This document shows positions 8,092 through 17,236 of a stretch of 38,612 nucleotides of DNA, in pieces. The notes beneath the pieces were generated by a model. The model was not told where the DNA came from. It did no database searches and saw only the letters and a program-made list of their open reading frames with translations. The first letter of the stretch is position 1. Every line of letters starts with the position of its first letter. The position numbers were made by a program, and so were the translations under genes. This stretch comes from Chloroflexota bacterium (GTDB lineage Bacteria; Chloroflexota; Dehalococcoidia; Lucifugimonadales; JACQTT01), in contig JACQTT010000083.1 in the NCBI GenBank assembly GCA_016210665.1, forward strand, positions 1 to 38,612, read 5' to 3'.

Positions 8092-9417
8092 TCAACTGCT
8101 CATCTCGCCCTCCAGGCGGTTGAAGACCAACCCCGTGGGCAGCTTGGGGTAGAAGAAGGTGGCTTTAGGGGGCAGGCGGTTACCCTGGCCCACCACCTCC
8201 TCGAAAAGCTTCAGCGGCAGCGGCCTGAGAAGGATGGCCATCTGCTGCTCCCCCTTCTGAACGGCCCTTACGGCTTCAACGGCGTCGTGGACAAAGGCTA
8301 ACTTTGTGCCAGCCTCATGCTCCCCCAGGACGGGGTTTAAGACCCGCTGGTGCAGGAGCCATGTATCGCACCTCTCCAGTGGCGGGGCCTCGGGGCCAGG
8401 AACGTGGGCATTTTTCAGCGTGAGCAGATAGCCCTTTCCCTTTCCTGAGACCAGCATGAAGCAGCCAAAAACCACGTCCCCTTGTGCCCTTCCCTGCAAC
8501 CCCTCCTCCAGCGTAGCGGCGATCCCCTCCGCCGACAGAGCTGTTAGCTGCAGCTCTTCCCACTCAAAGCGTTCGTTCATAAGGGCGCTGAGGGCCTTCT
8601 CTTCATGGCTGTTCAGACCACCTACCAGCCTATGATAGGGAAAAATAAGAAGGCCTGGGTCGTTCATGGAGATGAGGGTCATCATTACGAAGTTAGCCGT
8701 CGAGGCATCCGATTTTATCGCTCCAGAGGCACGCTGAAGATTACGATAGTTCAAGGCCGTTTCGTACCGGTGGTGCCCGTCGGCCAGATAGACGGGCCGA
8801 TCTGACAGGGCCTCATGGATGCCCCTCAATATGTCCTGGTTCTGGATCACCCATACCCGGTAGATGACTCCATCGCTGGACGCTCCAGCGGCTAGGGAGG
8901 GTTTTGTTCTTGCGGCGCTGAGAAGATGGGTTAGCGCCCCTCCCGAGTCGCTATACAGGGCCATGATGGGGCTGATATTGGCATGGCACGCCTTCATTAG
9001 CTCCAGCCGGTCCTTCTTTGGCGCCGAGGTAGTGTACTCGTGGGGAACGATAACCCCCTTCTCAAACTCCTCCAGCTTCACGCACGCGGTTAGTCCTGTC
9101 CTGACCCTTACCCGACCTCGGAAGTTGAACTCCTCCTCGATCAGGTACATGGCAGACGGGACATCTGGCACCAAGACTCCCTTGGCAAGCCAGCCCTTGA
9201 AGGTGTCAGCGGCACGGGTGTACCTGTTATGTTGGAGGGTGTCATTAGGAAGCTGCTCCGTCAACTCAAGTCGAACCGAGTTGAACGGACTCTTCTGGTA
9301 TAGCTCTCTCTGCTGAGCAGGAGATATAACGTCATAAGGTGGGCAGAGTAGCCGACTCAACTCTCCCACTACTGAAGGGTTATAGCGATAACCTGAAAAG
9401 GGTCTGATATCAACCAT
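8092..9417 (-). CDS. DUF1015 family protein (ParB/Srx-like fold)
   Basis: IRPFSGYRY, PPYDVIS, IVPHEYT, LADGHHRYETA, FPYHRL, LPPKATFFYPKLPTGL. Confidence 0.9.
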   Translation of the reverse strand: MVDIRPFSGYRYNPSVVGELSRLLCPPYDVISPAQQRELYQKSPFNSVRLELTEQLPNDTLQHNRYTRAADTFKGWLAKGVLVPDVPSAMYLIEEEFNFRGRVRVRTGLTACVKLEEFEKGVIVPHEYTTSAPKKDRLELMKACHANISPIMALYSDSGGALTHLLSAARTKPSLAAGASSDGVIYRVWVIQNQDILRGIHEALSDRPVYLADGHHRYETALNYRNLQRASGAIKSDASTANFVMMTLISMNDPGLLIFPYHRLVGGLNSHEEKALSALMNERFEWEELQLTALSAEGIAATLEEGLQGRAQGDVVFGCFMLVSGKGKGYLLTLKNAHVPGPEAPPLERCDTWLLHQRVLNPVLGEHEAGTKLAFVHDAVEAVRAVQKGEQQMAILLRPLPLKLFEEVVGQGNRLPPKATFFYPKLPTGLVFNRLEGEMSS

Positions 9418-9550
9418 ATTCTCTGAGGAGATTTACTAGAGTTTTCCCGAGCACTCCTGCCCTCTTTAACTGTGGTAGAGTTAGGACGAGGCGTAGCCCT
9501 AAAAGGTCAACTTACCCTACAATATCTTATTTGCAGGAGGGTCTCAAGGG

Positions 9551-9580
9551 TTACCAAACCGTTGGGGAAAGTGATACAAT
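9551..9580 (+). promoter_or_regulatory. Putative promoter for the PEPCK-like gene
   Basis: TTACCA-N18-TACAAT with extended TG (TGATACAAT). Confidence 0.45.
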
Positions 9581-9701
9581 GCACATGGTCAGTGGGGATT
9601 CCCACCTTTAGAGGCTTTAACGCCTCTTATCACATAGGTTGCCGAGTAAGGCTAGGTTTTATCTTTGAAAAGGCAAAACTATCTCAATATAGGAGAGCCA
9701 C

Positions 9702-11978
9702 ATGGTAACTTCTGTACCTAAGCGAAAGAACGATAAGTCCCGAAGTTCGGCGCTGGCCGGGCCTCCCGTTAATCCTGATTTTGCGAAGGCCCTGAACGAA
9801 TTAGTCACTGCTGCAAAGAAGGGACAGAGAACAAACAGCGAGTTCTTCAACCCAGAAGACAAGTGGCTGGTCGGCCACATGCGTATCTTCCAGGACCTTT
9901 CCCTTGGGGAGCGAGAGCGCCTACTTCACGAGTGGAGACAAATCTCCGAAGAAGCTAAAGAGGCCAATGCTGCAGGTAAGGCAGCCGTTCGGGCTGGGCC
10001 GGATGTGGTTCTTCGCCTGGACAGCAGTGGGATCGCCTCCTTTAGCCAGTTGGGGGTGGCGCGTCGGCCCGACCTCACGCAATACTTCATAGATGGCTTT
10101 GCCAGAAACCGCGACGCCATAGCTTTTAGCGAGGCTAATCAGGCCCTCTTCTCTGAAATTCTTCCCTATGTGACCAGGTTTATGAAACAGCACTTCGCTT
10201 CGGGAGACACTATTATTCAAACCGACCGGCAAATTGGAGACTCGCCGAAACGCTCATTCCATGCCCGTCAACTCTTATTTTGCTCTCATTATCTTCAGCT
10301 TCCCTATATGTGGCGCAGGCTAACCTTCGAGATTCCTGCGGCGGAACGCTCCAACGAGCCTGACATCCTGGAGGTCTCAATACCCCATTGGCTCGATGAC
10401 TTGGGTATCCCTGATAGTCTCAAGGGGCGCATCAGAGAAGCAGGTCTTATGCAGTTGGTCTTCAAAGCGCCTACCTTGGGTCTGTCGCTTCATCTGGGGT
10501 TTGACTATATGGGCGAACATAAGATGGGCCCCTTGACCATCGCCATGTTCAAGGTTAAGCAAGCTCAGGGCCTTGCAGTGCAGGCGGCGTTGAGCGTGGC
10601 ACGGGTCAGAACGCTGGATGGTACAAAGAAGAATACCGCCCTGGTTACCCTGGGGCCATCCCTCCATGGGAAGAGCACCCTTACAATAATGATCGAGGTA
10701 GAGAAAAGCGAACTCTCCAAACTCCTAGCCCTACCCGAAGATCCCGAGGAAGGGGTTTACCCTATGAACGACGATATAGTACTGCTGCAACGGCTGCCTA
10801 AGCCCGTTGAGGTAGTGCGAGACGGTAAGCATATACAGATTTTCTACTCGATCGATGGCACTGAGAACGACTTCTATGCGGTGCCCTTCGGACTCACTCG
10901 AGAGGATGATCCAATCACCTACGAAGTCGTAAGAGGTGCCGAAAATGCTGCCAACCCTCAGGAGACGCTGGAAAACACCCCATGCGATCCTACTTCAGGC
11001 AAGCCGGACTTTCTCAACAATCCCGTTCGTAACATGCGCATGGTCTTGCCTCGCTTGCGCCTTATCTCAAGAAAAGGATCTCAGCATGTGCTGCAAGGTA
11101 TCACCAAGACCGCGCTGGATAATTCGGTTCATGTTCCTATGGAAAACATAGACAGAGTATTCTGGCAAGGAGTAATGCGTCAAAATACCATTGTTCCGCC
11201 CCTCGTCCGTCTAACGCTGGAGCAATACGTTCGGGCCCTTATGTATGGGGAAGCCGTCCAGATGGGGGCTGCGGCTGGAGCCATTGGCAGACCATATGTG
11301 GAATACTTCTCAGACCCCTTCATTATCGGTTTGGAGGACGACAACGCTAGCCTGATGTACGCGATACTACAGCAGATAGCTCGCGGAGGTTTGGCGCAAG
11401 AGTATTACATGTTCAACACGGGGGGGGTCGGCGCAGATACAAATGAACAGGCGAGTGGCCCGCGATACAAGAAGATTCCGAGAGAGGTAACGCTCATGTT
11501 GCAGGAGGCGCTGCTTCGTGGAGCCATGAAATTCGACAATGACCCAGTATTGGGCATGGAAGTGGCTGTGGCCATAGTAGATGTGCACGGAAAAGAGGTG
11601 CTGGATATTCGCAAGGAATGGCTACCTAGAGAGATCTACGGTGAGCCGGAGTACGCTAAGCGCGTTCAAGAATTGAAGCGGAGACGATACTATGGCAAGC
11701 AGGCTGAGGACAAAGCAGGAATTCTTCGCTACACTAAGGTGACCGATGCGCTGTTTGACCTCAACGACATACCCACGCCTGACAATGAACGAGAGTTGGC
11801 GTGGCTTCTCTCATTCTTTTGGCACTTGGACCAGGCATATAACAGTCTGGAAGAGGTTGTGCTGCATAGTGGCGAGGGAAAGAGACCCTCTCCACAACAA
11901 CTCCGTGGGCTTCAGCAGAAATACAAAGGCGGACTTACAAAGGACTCGAACTACCAAAAGCTAGTCTCGGCGCATTGA
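9702..11978 (+). CDS. Divergent phosphoenolpyruvate carboxykinase (ATP)-fold protein
   Basis: Motifs in PEPCK order: DYMGEHKMG, P-loop GPSLHGKST, kinase-2 NDD, GTENDFYA, LEN, NMR, DPF, YMFNTG. SD AGGAG. Several catalytic residues are non-canonical. Confidence 0.75.
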   Translation: MVTSVPKRKNDKSRSSALAGPPVNPDFAKALNELVTAAKKGQRTNSEFFNPEDKWLVGHMRIFQDLSLGERERLLHEWRQISEEAKEANAAGKAAVRAGPDVVLRLDSSGIASFSQLGVARRPDLTQYFIDGFARNRDAIAFSEANQALFSEILPYVTRFMKQHFASGDTIIQTDRQIGDSPKRSFHARQLLFCSHYLQLPYMWRRLTFEIPAAERSNEPDILEVSIPHWLDDLGIPDSLKGRIREAGLMQLVFKAPTLGLSLHLGFDYMGEHKMGPLTIAMFKVKQAQGLAVQAALSVARVRTLDGTKKNTALVTLGPSLHGKSTLTIMIEVEKSELSKLLALPEDPEEGVYPMNDDIVLLQRLPKPVEVVRDGKHIQIFYSIDGTENDFYAVPFGLTREDDPITYEVVRGAENAANPQETLENTPCDPTSGKPDFLNNPVRNMRMVLPRLRLISRKGSQHVLQGITKTALDNSVHVPMENIDRVFWQGVMRQNTIVPPLVRLTLEQYVRALMYGEAVQMGAAAGAIGRPYVEYFSDPFIIGLEDDNASLMYAILQQIARGGLAQEYYMFNTGGVGADTNEQASGPRYKKIPREVTLMLQEALLRGAMKFDNDPVLGMEVAVAIVDVHGKEVLDIRKEWLPREIYGEPEYAKRVQELKRRRYYGKQAEDKAGILRYTKVTDALFDLNDIPTPDNERELAWLLSFFWHLDQAYNSLEEVVLHSGEGKRPSPQQLRGLQQKYKGGLTKDSNYQKLVSAH

Positions 11979-12097
11979 AGACCCTTGGAATTCACGTCCG
12001 GGCAGTAAGTTAGCTCCAACAAAGTCTCTTTGTGTTGTCATCTGGAGGCTCAGACAGACTAATACCTGCTTGCAACAATGGCGTCACGTTCAACCCC

Positions 12098-12180
12098 TCG
12101 TGGTGTGCCCTTCGGCAAGTCCGACGCAGTCGAGACTCTCGACATACGGTCGGAGCTCAGAACAGGCTGTCGAAGCATGA
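12098..12180. repeat. Nested REP-like palindromic element
   Basis: Outer tcgtggtg...tgtcgaagcatga; inner cccttcggcaag|ctcagaacaggc, split by the hairpin tccgac...gtcgagactctcgac...gtcgga (12120-12154). Confidence 0.65.
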
Positions 12181-12221
12181 GAGAGTTTTGAGAGGGGCTT
12201 GTGTGCGCTGATTTATGGAAC

Positions 12222-12382
12222 TAGTACGTAGTTCCGGAAATACCTGGACATTCCCACCCGCCCAACCAGGAGTGTCTTCTGGGGACACCCCAGACCCCGC
12301 CAAGGGGCTTCGCCCCTCACGAACCTACCGAGGGTGGGTGGGGGGATGTTTAAAGATTTGGCTAACTAAGCACGAGGTACTA
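12222..12382. repeat. Branched palindromic element with weak TAGTAC/GTACTA ends (possible MITE)
   Basis: Outer stem acattcccacccgccc / gggtgggtggggggatgt (12248-12349) encloses the hairpins tctggggacaccccaga and aggggc-ttc-gcccct. Ends at 12222-12227 and 12377-12382 are inverted. Confidence 0.6.
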
Positions 12383-12467
12383 AATGCTCCTGAATGCCGA
12401 GGCTTACTCTCTATGGCAACTCTTGACTGATGGTTACAGTAAACGCCGCCTCGAGGGAGATTTACCC

Positions 12468-14010
<1,543 letters not shown>

Positions 14011-14018
<8 letters not shown>

Positions 14019-15834
14019 GCTTTAACCTCAATCCAGTTTCCGCGGTAAAGAGTTTTCGCAGTTGTTCGTTCCTGTCAAGGATCTCCTTTTCCATCTTATC
14101 AACTTCAGTATTCCCCTCCTCTTGAGATAGCAAAACCTCTTCCTGTGTCTTTAGTTCCCTGAGATAACGCTCCTCAAGCCGATGAAGACAATGCTTAAGA
14201 GAGAGCTCCCCATCTTTATGATTCATAGAGGGGAGGGATTTGCTGACAAGGTGTTTTAGATGAACTTGCAAATCCTCGTTTAAAGACCCTACCACCTCAT
14301 CATCTATTTTAGCGCATGTCAGCAGAAAGGCAAAGAGCTCACGGTTTTCGCTTCTATAAAAACATTCTGGAGTCAGGCCCACGGCAGAGCTTCTTAGTTC
14401 CGGGCGCTTTAGCATTAGGGACAGAGCATATTCTTCCAACGGGTCTCCCTGGTATTTAGCAAAGGGCGAAAGGCTAACCTCACGGGCTGCTTCCTTTCGA
14501 CTTCTTGTCCTGGCAGTAGCTTGGGGACGTCCTACGCTGGCCTCCAGAGTAGATACCGTCACTCCCAATACCTGAGCCAGCCTCTCAAAGTATCGCTCAA
14601 CGTCATAGGTGTTGTTCAAGCCGGCAATCAATGGGAAAAGAGCTTCTGTGGCCTGGGCCTTACCGCTACTGCTTCCCAGATCAAATCTGGAGGCGACGGC
14701 AGCAAAGAGATAGTCCAGCAAGGGTTGCGCCTCATCCAAAAGGCGTTTCCATTCCTGGGGACTCTCTCGAATCACCTCGTCTGGGTCCTTACCCGTAGGA
14801 AGGATGGCGATCTTCAGCGACAGCCCCTGCCTCGGTTGGAGAGTAACGACGCCTGACGCTCCCCTTTCCATACCTCTGCGTTCAAAGACCCGCCAGGAAG
14901 ACTCCAGGCTGCGAAGAGTAGCCTCCTGCCCGGCCGCATCGGAGTCCAGAGACAGGATAATATTACTGGCCAGGCTCTTGATCTGAGCCACCTGCTGATC
15001 GGTGAGGGCCGTGCCCATGGATGCTACCACGTTTCTAAAGCCGTATTGATGGGCTGCTATGACATCCATATAGCCCTCTACTACTACGATGGTATTCTCC
15101 TTTCGGATATGCTCTGTAGCCATGGGAAGGCCATATAAAATGCTTCCTTTGTCGAAGACGGGCGTTTTAGGTGAGTTAAGATACTTGGGTTGCGAGCCAT
15201 CCAGAGAGCGCGCCCCAAACCCCGCAATTTGTCCACGAGAGTCGTGTATGGGAAACATGAGTCTCCCACGAAAGAGATCTCGGGAAGTCCCCCCATCGCT
15301 ACGATAAAGCAGGCCGGCCTGTTCCATCTGTTTTTCGTCATAACCTAAAGAGGTCAGGTGTTTTCTTAGTGTGTCAACACCCCTGGAACTGAGTCCCAGA
15401 GAAAAAACAGAGACGGCCTCCAGGTTGACACCCCTGCCTTCCAAGTAGCTACGTGTCTCCTGTCCATCGGAAGAGATCAGCAGCTTGTGGTAAAACTGAG
15501 CAGCGGCATGGTTGATCTGATAAAACGGGCTGTTCTGCTCGTCTCGATGGCGCTCCTGCCAGGGGACACCATATTTCTGAGCCAGAAGTCTCAAAGCATC
15601 GCCAAACTCAAGCTTTTCCATCCTCATCACAAAGGCGATGGCATCGCCACCTGTGGCACAAGCCCCAAAACATCGCCAGTTCTGCCGCTCCGTAAAAACG
15701 ATAAAAGAGGGGGTCTTCTCGGTGTGGAACGGGCAGAGAGCCTTGAAATTACGCCCAGCCTTATTCAGGGATACATAAGAGGAAACAACCTCCACAATAT
15801 CCAAGCGAGCCTTAACATCATCAATAACTGACAT
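14011..15834 (-). CDS. dnaG: DNA primase
   Basis: CPFH...CFGAC zinc finger, KYLNSP, TOPRIM VEGYMDV and DSDAAG, KDPD. ATG 15834 preferred because GAGGTG reads as its SD. Confidence 0.97.
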
Positions 15835-15885
15835 TGGCGGCGTCACCTCGACTCTACTTCTCTGCGCGGTGAAATATGGTAATGC

Positions 15886-16986
15886 TTAGATAAGTCGGAA
15901 TCTGAGATTCTTGGCTATCCCGGGTCGTATATTCTCCGCCATTCGCGTGGCATATTGGTCGGTCATACCAGCTATGTGATCCACAACGGAACGTTCTGTA
16001 GTCTCCCATCCAGAGACATATGTCAGCGTCATATCCCGGGGATGACGGCAATAATGGTGATAAAGAAGACTTATCACCTCCCTGGCGATGTGACCCTCCT
16101 CTCCCTGAGAAGCCGGCAGATAAACTCGCTGGAAAAGGAACCCTCTTAGAATATCCACTGCTCTTCTTATCTTAGCGCTCATAGTGATAGAGGGTCTTGA
16201 TCCCTCATCTATAGGCACCTCTCCACTGGCTGGCCAAGAGCTCTCCACTATATCCGAGACCATTATGTTTATGCGTTGCGGATGACCAGATCCCAGAACC
16301 GTTACGGCCTCTTTGGGCAGGTCGTCTTCTGTGATCACTCCGGCGCGAAAAGCATCTGCCAGGTCGTGGTTGATGTAAGCAACAGCATCGGCGAGACGAC
16401 AAACCTGAGCCTCGAGGGTCAGAGAGTTGAGGCCATCGCCACCAAGAACACTACCCCGAGGCTTCGAATGGGCTACAATGCCTTGCCTTACCTCCTTTGT
16501 AAGGTTCAGGCCTTGTCCACCCCCTTCCAGATAATCTACCACACGCAGGCTTTGCAGGTTGTGGCGGAACCCACCAGGGTAAAGGATATCCAGCACCTCC
16601 TCGCCCAAGTGTCCAAAGGGAGTATGTCCCAGATCGTGCCCAAGAGCAATAGCCTCCGTCAGGTCCTCGTTTAGATTAAGAGCTCTAGATATGGTTCGGG
16701 CTATCTGGGCCACCTCCAGAGTGTGGGTAAGGCGGGTGACAAAGTGGTCACCTTCGGGGGCAATAAAGACCTGGGTCTTATGCTTTAGCCGCCTGAAGGC
16801 ATTAGTATGGAGAATGCTGTCCAGGTCTCGCTGGAACTCCGTGCTAAGGGGTAACGGTTCCTCGACAACCCTACGCCCTCTAGTGTCTCTGGATCGGATG
16901 GCAAAATGAGAAAGGGAACTTTCCCTCTCCTCTAGACGTTGGCGAATGATATCGGCAATCATGGCTTGTGATTTTCCCTGGGTCAT
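15886..16986 (-). CDS. dgt: dNTP/dGTP triphosphohydrolase (HD family)
   Basis: FRRLKHKTQVF, TRLTHTLEV, GHDLGHTPFGH, AYINHDLAD, IAGMTD; upstream of dnaG. True start may be ATG 16962. Confidence 0.93.
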   Translation of the reverse strand: MTQGKSQAMIADIIRQRLEERESSLSHFAIRSRDTRGRRVVEEPLPLSTEFQRDLDSILHTNAFRRLKHKTQVFIAPEGDHFVTRLTHTLEVAQIARTISRALNLNEDLTEAIALGHDLGHTPFGHLGEEVLDILYPGGFRHNLQSLRVVDYLEGGGQGLNLTKEVRQGIVAHSKPRGSVLGGDGLNSLTLEAQVCRLADAVAYINHDLADAFRAGVITEDDLPKEAVTVLGSGHPQRINIMVSDIVESSWPASGEVPIDEGSRPSITMSAKIRRAVDILRGFLFQRVYLPASQGEEGHIAREVISLLYHHYCRHPRDMTLTYVSGWETTERSVVDHIAGMTDQYATRMAENIRPGIAKNLRFRLI

Positions 16987-17236
16987 GTAAGTCTGTACTC
17001 TTCTTTAGGTTAACTGGGTCATGTGACCTTATAGGCACGATTCTCTACGGCAAATAGAAGTCTTGACTCCCTACCGACACAGGCCAGGGTTTGAGGGATG
17101 ACGGTCTGCCAGTAACCGTTGCTCAAACTTCTTTCCTTACCGGCATAAGCTCCGCCGTAGCCATACTGCTCTGTATTCTTAAACGGCGCCGCCAGACAAG
17201 ATCAGGCGAAGCCTGTCTTGCTCTACATAACCTCTA

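Noticed and set aside
8017-8301. 94-aa plus-strand ORF
   Set aside because: Crosses the attC remnant and is antisense to DUF1015.
9668-9700. AAAGGCAAA stem resembling a c-di-GMP-I riboswitch
   Set aside because: No GNRA loop, no GACGCAAA junction and no P3.
17198-17221. Hairpin caagatcaggc-gaa-gcctgtcttg after ppdK
   Set aside because: No U-tract on either strand; not called as a terminator.
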